DNA of 64,000 bases from a virus: positions 21,304 through 85,303 of the IMG/VR virus record IMGVR_UViG_3300044613_003770; one strand, 5' to 3'. The notes beneath the pieces were generated by a model. The model ran no database searches and was not told where the DNA came from. It worked only from the letters and a program-made list of their open reading frames with translations. Every line of letters begins with the position of its first letter. The first letter of the stretch is position 1. A program made the translations under genes and the position numbers. Shown in pieces: positions 1 through 8,257 of the stretch.

Positions 1-112
1 GCTTTGCGATCTAACAATTAAAGGGAACAACTCTATGTATATGGCAACAGCCGCCCAACGCGCTGAAGCATTTCTAAAAACAATTAAGAAATGGAACTCT
101 AATAAAATATGA
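1..112 (+). CDS. 3' end of hypothetical phage protein (partial)
   Basis: Open frame ...ATAAQRAEAFLKTIKKWNSNKI ending in a TGA that overlaps the ATG at 109 (ATGA coupling). Confidence 0.6.
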   Translation, partial: LCDLTIKGNNSMYMATAAQRAEAFLKTIKKWNSNKI

Positions 113-303
113 TTATGACAACTGTACCCGATAAAAAAGATTTAAAAAGAATCGACAAATATGATTCTTTGACTCAACTTATGATTCTCAAAGATATTTG
201 TAATCGCATGTATATTGCACGAAACATTACAATGTCACAAGATTCTATAGTTGACAATTTAGAAAAACTTGATAGACTGTTCAGAGATGAAAATTACAAT
301 TGA
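109..303 (+). CDS. hypothetical protein
   Basis: ORF in a tightly packed co-directional run. Confidence 0.6.
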   Translation: MIMTTVPDKKDLKRIDKYDSLTQLMILKDICNRMYIARNITMSQDSIVDNLEKLDRLFRDENYN

Positions 304-592
304 ATTTGTGTCTGATCTTTCTGAAGCAGAAGTGCGTCAACTACTGTTTGATATCTATGAGCGAGTGCCAATCGCTGGTGAAGATCTTTCTTATTCAGCA
401 TTGCCAGATAAAATTACTCGCTATGTTAATGAAGCGCATCGTCTCTTTAAACTAGAAGAAGCGGTAACAGCATATATTGTTAACGAATGTAATAATGGAG
501 ACATTGGTGTTCAAGACCCGATTAACTTTTTGCTTGCATCTCATCGTATGCTGAGATATAATCTACACGATACTTGGAAAGAAGAATACTAA
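287..592 (+). CDS. hypothetical protein
   Basis: ORF; start probably MKITIEF. Confidence 0.6.
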   Translation: MKITIEFVSDLSEAEVRQLLFDIYERVPIAGEDLSYSALPDKITRYVNEAHRLFKLEEAVTAYIVNECNNGDIGVQDPINFLLASHRMLRYNLHDTWKEEY

Positions 593-593
593 T

Positions 594-1184
594 ATGATAA
601 TAGATACATATACAACTAATGTTTGGAGAGTCTTCAAACACCCGTCATTGCTGTTTAACAGCTTTTTTTGGTGGGATGTGAGATATAGAATATCTGCATT
701 TTTTAATCCACGTCAAAAGTGGTTGACAAAAACTATTCCAAATACATGGTGTGATAAGGTGTCACTCATTCCTCATTTGCTTTTTACGTGCCTCATTCAT
801 TATGTAGAAAAAGAAGAAGGGCTTAGTGATAATTATGATTATGCTGAAGATCTTGAAAAAGGATATATCTCGCAAGAGTATGTTGATAGTGTTAAAAACA
901 CTGATAATGAACTTCGTGAAGTTTATAATTATATTAAAACTGAACGTCCCGAACTTGAAAAACAACATGAGAATTCTTATCCAACACCAAGTTCAAAAGC
1001 AATCAATGATCTTTTCATTAAAGAGGAAGATGGCAATTGTACAATGAGAAGCTGTGAAGAGCTTTACGGTATGTCATATAAAGAAGCGTATGCTGAAACT
1101 CATCGTCTTGAAGCGCTAATTGAAGAAAAAGATATGTGGGCTATGAACACTATCGTCAAACACTATCAAAAAATGTGGACATGA
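594..1184 (+). CDS. hypothetical protein
   Basis: 196-aa ORF abutting its neighbours. Confidence 0.7.
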   Translation: MIIDTYTTNVWRVFKHPSLLFNSFFWWDVRYRISAFFNPRQKWLTKTIPNTWCDKVSLIPHLLFTCLIHYVEKEEGLSDNYDYAEDLEKGYISQEYVDSVKNTDNELREVYNYIKTERPELEKQHENSYPTPSSKAINDLFIKEEDGNCTMRSCEELYGMSYKEAYAETHRLEALIEEKDMWAMNTIVKHYQKMWT

Positions 1185-1789
1185 AAAACTACTTTGCAGA
1201 CAACAACTATGGCATTCGTTTTAAATCCAAAACAGAAGCGATTGAACAACTATGCTTAAAGGTTTTTGGAGCGACTCCTGTTTATGAATCGTCTCTTGAA
1301 GAATTAAAAACAGAAGAAATTGAACAGTTGTGTTTGAAAGTTTTTGAAGAAACTGTGTATGGATCATCTCTTGAAAACTTAAATAGAGAAACAGTGGAAA
1401 GCATGTATGCAAATGTAGTTTCTATAGCTTTAGAATGTGATCCAATTCCAGCAAAAGATCGTGCGGATGGTAAAATAGAACCACCGTGGGAAGTTTTTGC
1501 GCGAGTTAAACGTGAACGCGACATTTGGATAGCTGAAGCTGAACGCTGGAGAAAAAACACTGATCTTTATCACACTGTTTTAGGGCAACGCGACAGGCTG
1601 GCGGAGGCAATACGAAAACACAGAGATGAGCTTGAACTGACTTCTGGTGATTCTGTTGACAGGATTTTATGGAACGCCCTCACCGCTGTAAAAGAAAACC
1701 AAAAGACAGACAGTCAAAGTTGTCCAGAGTGTGATGTTTTGGCAAGTCATGGAGCTAATGATGGACCATGTGAAACACATAAGTTATGA
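1181..1789 (+). CDS. hypothetical mosaic protein with an internal duplication and a C-terminal segment shared with 6974..7537
   Basis: ATGA overlap; IEQLCLKVF...YxSSLE occurs twice; QRDRLAEAIRKHRDELELTSGDSVDRILWNAL is shared. Confidence 0.7.
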   Translation: MKNYFADNNYGIRFKSKTEAIEQLCLKVFGATPVYESSLEELKTEEIEQLCLKVFEETVYGSSLENLNRETVESMYANVVSIALECDPIPAKDRADGKIEPPWEVFARVKRERDIWIAEAERWRKNTDLYHTVLGQRDRLAEAIRKHRDELELTSGDSVDRILWNALTAVKENQKTDSQSCPECDVLASHGANDGPCETHKL

Positions 1790-2514
1790 AATATAAATCA
1801 GTAGAAGAACTAAAAGAACATATTCTAAGTGAAATAGAGGATGGTGATATATTTGAAGAGTATCTCTTTAAAAAATATCCTCGTTTGTTTCCAACTAATG
1901 AGAATGGGGAGTTATTGCCACAAAGTCAACGTTGTTGGAATGATTGTCCAATTGGATGGATGAGCATTATCGATTCATTGTTTGGGTGTATTGATGACTA
2001 TGTGTCTAATCATAAGCATACTGAAATTAATCCTAAGCAAAGACTTCGTCTAAAGTTTCGTCAACTATTTTGGAAGTATGTGAGAGATCCAATTTATAGA
2101 AAGTTCAATCCATATAGAGATTTTGAAAAGCGACTGCCCAAAGGCGCAAAGTTTGCTTCTCCAAGCAATGAAGAGAGAGAGAAAATTAACAAAACTTTTG
2201 CTGCATGTATTCGTAATATTGTAAGTACGATTGATAAAATTCTTTTTAATCGTCTAGATCTTTATATTGGAGTCTCTCCACCTGCTGTAACGATAGCTCA
2301 ATATAAAGAAAAGTTTGGCACTCTACGTGTCTATTATGATGGTGGCAATGATGTTGTAAAAGGTATGGTTCGTTATGCCGAACATCTTTCTTCACTTACT
2401 TGTCAAGATACAGGAAAGCGTGGACAACTATGCAAGCGTGGATCGTGGTATGCTACATTGTGTGATCAAGAAGCACAGAAAGAAGGTTATAAGCCTGTTG
2501 ATGAGGAACTTTAA
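1786..2514 (+). CDS. conserved phage hypothetical protein (QxKEKFGxLRxY family)
   Basis: QYKEKFGTLRVYY...AEHLSSLTCQDTG motif recurrent in phage proteins. Confidence 0.7.
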   Translation: MKYKSVEELKEHILSEIEDGDIFEEYLFKKYPRLFPTNENGELLPQSQRCWNDCPIGWMSIIDSLFGCIDDYVSNHKHTEINPKQRLRLKFRQLFWKYVRDPIYRKFNPYRDFEKRLPKGAKFASPSNEEREKINKTFAACIRNIVSTIDKILFNRLDLYIGVSPPAVTIAQYKEKFGTLRVYYDGGNDVVKGMVRYAEHLSSLTCQDTGKRGQLCKRGSWYATLCDQEAQKEGYKPVDEEL

Positions 2515-2563
2515 TATAATCATAGTATGAACACTACTAAGATCGATATCGCAAAACTATCAA

Positions 2564-2785
2564 ATGACACCAATAGTAACAATTAGAACTAATCTCGATA
2601 GTTGTTGCTATGAGATGATCTTAGACACATCGAACCCAACAACGCAGATTGGTGATGGGCAACGATTCACGCAACGCACTCACTTTACAACGTTCGATGG
2701 CAATCAGAAGAAGCAATTAGTTTTTTTGTTTAGAGAAATGGCTAATTTGATCGAAAAAGAATGGGAAGAAAGAACTTTAATATAA
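2564..2785 (+). CDS. hypothetical protein (start uncertain, possible frameshift from ATG 2527)
   Basis: ORF; upstream TATAAT-N6-ATG at 2527 is in a different frame. Confidence 0.55.
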   Translation: MTPIVTIRTNLDSCCYEMILDTSNPTTQIGDGQRFTQRTHFTTFDGNQKKQLVFLFREMANLIEKEWEERTLI

Positions 2786-2791
2786 TAAAGT

Positions 2792-3463
2792 ATGAGCAAA
2801 CCAATTTACATAGTAGGAGATATCCATGGTAAATGGGATCAATTATTTTTGAAAATAAAAGCATCAGAGATTCGTAACTTCACACTGATTGGTGTGGGCG
2901 ATTTGGGTATTGGATTTAAACTTGACAAACAACAATCTCGTCAGTTTGACTATATCAATAGTTTTTTTGGTGGCAAGGGCATTGACTTTATTGGCATTCG
3001 TGGCAATCATGATGATCCATCTTATTTTGATGGAAGAGTAAGCATGAGTAATTTTAAACTATTGCCCGATTATACTTATCTAACGCTAAACGACAAAAAG
3101 TTTGGTTTTGTTGGTGGTGCAGTTAGCATTGATCGTCGTATGCGAACACAAGGTATCTCATACTGGAAAGATGAAAAGTTTGTTTTAGATCATTCAAAAA
3201 TTGAGCGTTGTGATGTACTTATCACCCATAGCGCCCCATCGTGGAATGGTCCGTGTGATAAATCGGGTATTGGTTCTTGGTGTGATCGTGATGCTACTCT
3301 TTGGGATGAGTGTGTACAAGAACGCAAAGAACATGATATACTTTTAAAACTATGCGGGGCGAGCCGCCACTTCGCAGGGCATTTTCATTGTTGTTTTTCA
3401 GTTGACTTTGATGGATGTGCGAGTACAATATTAGACGAACTAGAAATCAAAGAAATAAGATGA
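2792..3463 (+). CDS. calcineurin-like metallophosphoesterase
   Basis: GDIHG, GDLG, GNHD, THS and GHFH motifs in canonical order. Confidence 0.9.
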   Translation: MSKPIYIVGDIHGKWDQLFLKIKASEIRNFTLIGVGDLGIGFKLDKQQSRQFDYINSFFGGKGIDFIGIRGNHDDPSYFDGRVSMSNFKLLPDYTYLTLNDKKFGFVGGAVSIDRRMRTQGISYWKDEKFVLDHSKIERCDVLITHSAPSWNGPCDKSGIGSWCDRDATLWDECVQERKEHDILLKLCGASRHFAGHFHCCFSVDFDGCASTILDELEIKEIR

Positions 3464-3762
3464 ACAAACAACTTACTATTGAAGAACTAAACAAAATTTT
3501 AGATTCATATATTGCTTTGAAAAAAGTAATGGACAAAGCGCATGATGCGGGGTTTATGGATATTAATAGTTCATTTTACAATACTGTTTGGAAAGCATTT
3601 GAAGATACAGTAGATATTATTGATCCAGAAAGTTGGATTATGTGGTATATCTATGACAATGATATGGGAGAAAGAGGTATGCAGGTAAAAATTGCCGATA
3701 AAGAATTTTCTGTTAAAAACAGAAGAGATTTGCTGGAAGTTATGAACTCTTATTATGATTAA
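3460..3762 (+). CDS. hypothetical protein
   Basis: ATGA overlap with the upstream gene. Confidence 0.65.
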   Translation: MNKQLTIEELNKILDSYIALKKVMDKAHDAGFMDINSSFYNTVWKAFEDTVDIIDPESWIMWYIYDNDMGERGMQVKIADKEFSVKNRRDLLEVMNSYYD

Positions 3763-3952
3763 AAATACTATTATTATTATTCTATTGATTATTCATACTT
3801 TCTTATGTATGATGGCAGGTTTTTATGCTGGCGTTGATAATACAGAAAGAAAAGCGTATGAAAATGGTCATATGACTATTGAAAGAGTAGGTGATAAAAG
3901 AAATTACCGTTGGATAGAAACTCATAAATTAGGATACGATTATGATGAGTGA
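3755..3952 (+). CDS. small membrane-anchored protein
   Basis: hydrophobic N-terminus. Confidence 0.6.
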   Translation: MIKNTIIIILLIIHTFLCMMAGFYAGVDNTERKAYENGHMTIERVGDKRNYRWIETHKLGYDYDE

Positions 3953-4057
3953 AATAAATATTATTTTATACACTGCTTCAATGGTAATTTTTGGAATTGT
4001 TGCACTTATTCTTTTTGATAAATATGATGATGAATAAAAATTAAATTATAAAAATAT

Positions 4058-4312
4058 ATGAATGGTAAATTTTTTAAATGTGACTGCGGACATGGTGGAC
4101 TTTATGTAAGTCATGATCCAGATTTTGGAACTGAATTCGCTCATTTTCAGTATGATATTTCCATTGGTTTTATCTTTAGAATTAAACAAGCGTGGTTGAC
4201 TCTGCGGGGCAAACCTTATACTGATATGACCATTCTCAGCGATCAAGAACTGGCAAATCTCGTTGATCACTTGGCAGAAATTCAAAACCTTAAATATAAA
4301 AAAGATTATTAA
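4058..4312 (+). CDS. hypothetical protein
   Basis: ORF with N-terminal CDCG. Confidence 0.65.
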   Translation: MNGKFFKCDCGHGGLYVSHDPDFGTEFAHFQYDISIGFIFRIKQAWLTLRGKPYTDMTILSDQELANLVDHLAEIQNLKYKKDY

Positions 4313-4313
4313 T

Positions 4314-4523
4314 ATGATATACTCCCAAAAAGAACCAATTAAAATAACAATTGAAGGTGGTTTTCGTCCAGATAAAACTATTCAGTTGACACTTTGTCCA
4401 GATGCTGATATAAATGATTGGATTGAAACATTTAAAACAATTTTAATTCACCAATCTTTCAGCGAAACAACTATCAAGGAGCTTTTTGAAGAACCAGATT
4501 ACAATGAATCATATGAGCTTTAA
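4314..4523 (+). CDS. hypothetical protein
   Basis: ORF, start MIYSQK. Confidence 0.6.
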   Translation: MIYSQKEPIKITIEGGFRPDKTIQLTLCPDADINDWIETFKTILIHQSFSETTIKELFEEPDYNESYEL

Positions 4524-4683
4524 GAATAAAAAAGAAGCAATTACTTTTCTTGAATCATTTGAGGTTTTTGTTTCAGATGAAAACGACATTCTCCTGCCGA
4601 AGAAAAAACTTTTTGATGATGAGGTGCATAATGCAATTGATTATTTGATTGATGAGTGTGATTTTGGAATTAAATATATATGA
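4513..4683 (+). CDS. hypothetical protein
   Basis: short ORF overlapping both neighbours. Confidence 0.55.
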   Translation: MSFKNKKEAITFLESFEVFVSDENDILLPKKKLFDDEVHNAIDYLIDECDFGIKYI

Positions 4684-4889
4684 AAGTAAAAGAGTTAATC
4701 GAAAAACTTCAGAGATATGACTCTGAACAAATGGTTGTTATTCGTGGATATGAGGGAGGAGTAGATGCGTGTTCTTGTTGTAAGGAAGAGCATATAAAGT
4801 TAGGCGTAAATAGCGAATGGTACTATGGTAATCATGAAATTGCCAATGATGGAGAAGATTTTGATTGCAAAGCGGTTTTGATTGGATAG
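4680..4889 (+). CDS. hypothetical phage protein (MKVKELIEKL...VVxxGYEGG type)
   Basis: ATGA overlap; common small phage protein pattern. Confidence 0.65.
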   Translation: MKVKELIEKLQRYDSEQMVVIRGYEGGVDACSCCKEEHIKLGVNSEWYYGNHEIANDGEDFDCKAVLIG

Positions 4890-4898
4890 AATTTTGCC

Positions 4899-5438
4899 AT
4901 GAACATATTCTGCGTAGACAAAAGTCCTGTAATCGCTGCACAACAAATGTGCGATAAACATATTGTCAAGATGATCTTGGAATCATCTCAGATGTTGGCT
5001 AACTGTTTTAGTTTGTCTCGTCTTGCTCAATCAGATTGTCCTCGTACTGCCAAGGGTACACCTCGTCTTCATGCTTACTCCAAGCATCCTTGCACACTAT
5101 GGGCAATGAAAACATCAGAGAATATGCAATGGCTCATTGATCATGCTCTTGCGATGCTAGAAGAAAAAATTTATCGTTACGGTTCTGGACATTTCTGCAA
5201 AGATTTTTTGGAGTGGTGTGACGCTCACATGGCAGAATCAAATGTTTCTTCTGGTTCTCTTACGGAATTTGCTATTGCAATCTCACCAGAACAAAAATGC
5301 CGCAAACATCCAAACTTTGATTCTCTTTCTCCAGTAGAAAAATATCGTTTATATTATATCTACGATAAGGCAGATTTCTGCACATGGAAAAAAAGATCTG
5401 CACCAGAATGGTTTCGCCTTGACTTGATTCAGAATTAG
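4899..5438 (+). CDS. pyrimidine-dimer DNA glycosylase / endonuclease V-like protein
   Basis: MNIFxxD...AAQxxCDKHIVKMILESxQML...HPCTLW...YRxYYxxDK pattern of phage DenV-like proteins. Confidence 0.7.
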   Translation: MNIFCVDKSPVIAAQQMCDKHIVKMILESSQMLANCFSLSRLAQSDCPRTAKGTPRLHAYSKHPCTLWAMKTSENMQWLIDHALAMLEEKIYRYGSGHFCKDFLEWCDAHMAESNVSSGSLTEFAIAISPEQKCRKHPNFDSLSPVEKYRLYYIYDKADFCTWKKRSAPEWFRLDLIQN

Positions 5439-5447
5439 TGACATGCT

Positions 5448-6032
5448 TTGATCATGACAACGCTAATTGACCCCAAAAACATCACCAACTTCAATCGCAG
5501 TGACGCAGAACTCCAAGCATTTTGGCTTTTCGGAATGTTTGTTGCAGGAAAGAATAGTGATCATGCCAGCAAGTGCCTTGCTCGTCTATTAAATAAAGAT
5601 GTCCTTCCATTTGAATACCTACAAAACCTTGGTGAAATCGGCATTCATAATGCTCTCGTTGCTTCTCGCATTGGTCAGTATAACAGACTCTCCAAAGCTA
5701 TTTTGGATTCTCTCAATCTTGATTTGCGTAATTGCTCTTTGGAAGATCTTTTGCAAGTTCGTGGTGTTGGACCGAAAACTGCTCGTTTCTTTTTGTTGCA
5801 TACTAGACAGGATTGTGAGTGTGCCGTACTTGATACTCATATTCTTGCTTGGATGCGTGATAACGGTGTCGAAGACGCTCCAGAAAGCACACCTCAAAAT
5901 CAAAAAGTTTATCAACAACTAGAAAAACAATTTTTGTTTTTGGCTAAACATAATTTCCCACAAATGAGCGTGGCACAAATTGATCTTATGATTTGGATGA
6001 AGCAAAGTGGTAGACTCCAAGACGAAATTTAA
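5448..6032 (+). CDS. HhH-GPD-superfamily DNA glycosylase/AP lyase (8-oxoguanine glycosylase-like)
   Basis: HhH motif LLQVRGVGPKTARFFL with catalytic Lys, followed by AVLDTHIL with catalytic Asp; C-terminal DLxIW. Confidence 0.8.
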   Translation: MIMTTLIDPKNITNFNRSDAELQAFWLFGMFVAGKNSDHASKCLARLLNKDVLPFEYLQNLGEIGIHNALVASRIGQYNRLSKAILDSLNLDLRNCSLEDLLQVRGVGPKTARFFLLHTRQDCECAVLDTHILAWMRDNGVEDAPESTPQNQKVYQQLEKQFLFLAKHNFPQMSVAQIDLMIWMKQSGRLQDEI

Positions 6033-6042
6033 TTCATAAAAA

Positions 6043-6429
6043 ATGAAAATCAGAATTGACAACATTGGCGCACAACCTCCGACTTATATTGGTAAGTCTC
6101 CAGAAGATGTAGACAAAAGAGTTGTTATTGTTAAGTTCTTCCCTAATCCTAAATATGGTAAATTGCAGGAATATATTGATGATGGTTGGAATGATATTGG
6201 AGATCGCATCATAAAAGATATGTGTAGCATTCACAAGAACTGCTTTGAAGGCAAAGAGAATAATATAGTGATTGCTGATCTTACCTATAGCACTAAAGAG
6301 GAAGACACATTCTTAGAGACTGTAGGTGAGCGAGTGCTACAGCTATCACTAGAAGATCGTGAAACTTTCTTTGAGGTCTATGCTCTTGCGGCAAAGAAAC
6401 TAGCTAAACAACATAAAACAGATGAGTAA
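6043..6429 (+). CDS. hypothetical protein
   Basis: ORF. Confidence 0.65.
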   Translation: MKIRIDNIGAQPPTYIGKSPEDVDKRVVIVKFFPNPKYGKLQEYIDDGWNDIGDRIIKDMCSIHKNCFEGKENNIVIADLTYSTKEEDTFLETVGERVLQLSLEDRETFFEVYALAAKKLAKQHKTDE

Positions 6430-6622
6430 ACAATATAGAATTGTAGAACGCATAGCTATTCCAACTGCTAGAATATACTATGCAATTCAAGTAAAGTTTC
6501 TTTGGTTTTGGGTCACAGAGTATCATTATGGAATTTGGGCGACAGCGGAAGCCGCAGAAGATATGGTTATGAAACTGATGAAAAATCCAAACAGAGTAGT
6601 AAAAACATTTTCTTATGAGTGA
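6422..6622 (+). CDS. hypothetical protein (YRIV...YxIQxKFLWFW type)
   Basis: ORF; similar pattern in 7749..8009. Confidence 0.65.
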   Translation: MSKQYRIVERIAIPTARIYYAIQVKFLWFWVTEYHYGIWATAEAAEDMVMKLMKNPNRVVKTFSYE

Positions 6623-6738
6623 TATGTGGATAGCAATAATAGTTTTAGCATCTCTGGCAACATTTGCAGTATGTTATATTATTTATAAAGCTAGTGATGA
6701 AGATTTTTGGTATTAACGAACACCAATATAATAAGAGT

Positions 6739-6945
6739 ATGAAACAAGACAAAGTTACCAAATTTACTGTCACTTGGAAATCTCCTATGCAAAGTGAACG
6801 AAAGACAGTTATGTTCCGCAAGCAGAGTGATGCAGAAGAGTTCTACAAAGAGAAGCACTACGAAAACAAATCACCTGCTTTGTACATCACAGAGTTAATA
6901 ACCAGTACTCGATTGCTGAAACTCAATACAACTGTTCAATCCTAA
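6739..6945 (+). CDS. hypothetical protein
   Basis: TATAAT-N6-ATG start at 6739. Confidence 0.6.
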   Translation: MKQDKVTKFTVTWKSPMQSERKTVMFRKQSDAEEFYKEKHYENKSPALYITELITSTRLLKLNTTVQS

Positions 6946-6973
6946 TATAAAAAAACTAAAATAGAATAAAATT

Positions 6974-7537
6974 ATGAGTGAAACACCAGAAACAGATGCA
7001 GCTCAAATCTTTTTAGGGTTTAACCCCGATGAAGGTGACTATTTTGTGCCAGCAGAAATTGCTAGTGAGTTAGAACGCCAGCGCAACGAGACAAGTCACA
7101 ATCTCGCTTCAATTGTCGCCGCAATTCTCAAGCGGGATGGTCGAGACGTTTTCGACATGTCGGCAACCGACCGCCTTGCAGAGCTTCATGCCGCAGAGCG
7201 TCAGCGCAACGAAGCAGTTGACAACTATGAAACTGCCGTGCTACGTGAACATCGTATGCAGGAGCAACGCGATGAAGCATTAAGCGATTTGAAAATTACT
7301 CAAGAAGCATGGATACAAGCCAAGGTAGAAAGAGTAGAAGCATTACGTGAACGCGATGAAGCAAGAGAGACTGCTGAAAGGTATCGTTTAGAGGCGAATG
7401 CTATGATGATGCAACGCGACAGGCTGGCTGAGGCAATACGAAAACACAGAGATGAGCTTGAACTAACGTCTGGTGATTCTGTTGACAGGATTTTATGGAA
7501 CGCACTCGCTGCCGTGAAAGGAGAAAAAAATGAGTGA
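6974..7537 (+). CDS. coiled-coil hypothetical protein (MSETPETDA...LERQRNE repeat type)
   Basis: repeated (E/Q)R(N/D)EA units; shares its C-terminus with 1181..1789. Confidence 0.75.
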   Translation: MSETPETDAAQIFLGFNPDEGDYFVPAEIASELERQRNETSHNLASIVAAILKRDGRDVFDMSATDRLAELHAAERQRNEAVDNYETAVLREHRMQEQRDEALSDLKITQEAWIQAKVERVEALRERDEARETAERYRLEANAMMMQRDRLAEAIRKHRDELELTSGDSVDRILWNALAAVKGEKNE

Positions 7538-7727
7538 TACTAAAAAAACTGAAAAGAGAATCAAATACCTCGAAAAGAAACTTGCTTCATATAAAGAACT
7601 CTTTGAAGAAAGTAAAGTAATAATTAATAAACAAAGAATGGATGTTATTCGTGAACGAGCTTGGCGAATAAGTTTTCGGAAACTGATGCAGGAGGCAGTT
7701 GAAGATGATGATTTTCAACATCTTTAA
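7530..7727 (+). CDS. hypothetical protein
   Basis: ORF overlapping the upstream gene. Confidence 0.6.
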   Translation: MSDTKKTEKRIKYLEKKLASYKELFEESKVIINKQRMDVIRERAWRISFRKLMQEAVEDDDFQHL

Positions 7728-7748
7728 AAATATTAATATAACAAAATT

Positions 7749-8009
7749 ATGCCAAACTTTAGAATTGTAAAAGAATATCGCAATAGAAACTCTAAATTAA
7801 GTAAATATAAATTTTACATTCAAAAAAAATGGCTTTTTGGGTGGAATGATGTTGTTCCTTATGATATTGATTCTGAGTTTTATGGCAGGGGATTGAGTTG
7901 GGATACTTTTGAAGAGGCACTTGAAATTTATCGTGAAATTGAAGAAGTTCTCAAAATCCAAAGAAAAAAAACAGAAGTTGTTTGGCCTTCACCTCGCCGC
8001 GAATTTTAA
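7749..8009 (+). CDS. hypothetical protein
   Basis: ORF; TATAAC-N6-ATG. Confidence 0.65.
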   Translation: MPNFRIVKEYRNRNSKLSKYKFYIQKKWLFGWNDVVPYDIDSEFYGRGLSWDTFEEALEIYREIEEVLKIQRKKTEVVWPSPRREF

Positions 8010-8026
8010 ATTAATTTAATACTAGA

Positions 8027-8203
8027 ATGACTAAAGAAGAATTCCTTTTTCAGCTTTATGAAATTGCCGATTATCCAGAAAATTGGCTTGACAAACCCAA
8101 TGTTGTATTCAATAATCAGTACCCGCGAGACATGATGGAAACACCAGATGGTCTTGCTAAACTTAAAGAAATGATTGAATTCCTAAAAAAAGAAACATTT
8201 TAA
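8027..8203 (+). CDS. 58-aa protein resembling the Xre/MbcA/ParS antitoxin C-terminal toxin-binding domain (DUF2384-like)
   Basis: Manual translation MTKEEFLFQLYEIADYPENWLDKPNVVFNNQYPRDMMETPDGLAKLKEMIEFLKKETF; WLxxPNxxFxxxxPxxxxxTxxG pattern; not in the ORF track. Confidence 0.55.
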   Translation: MTKEEFLFQLYEIADYPENWLDKPNVVFNNQYPRDMMETPDGLAKLKEMIEFLKKETF

Positions 8204-8257
8204 TTATAAATAGACAAATTTTATTCTTGGGGTAAAGATAATGTGTAAATATTTTTG

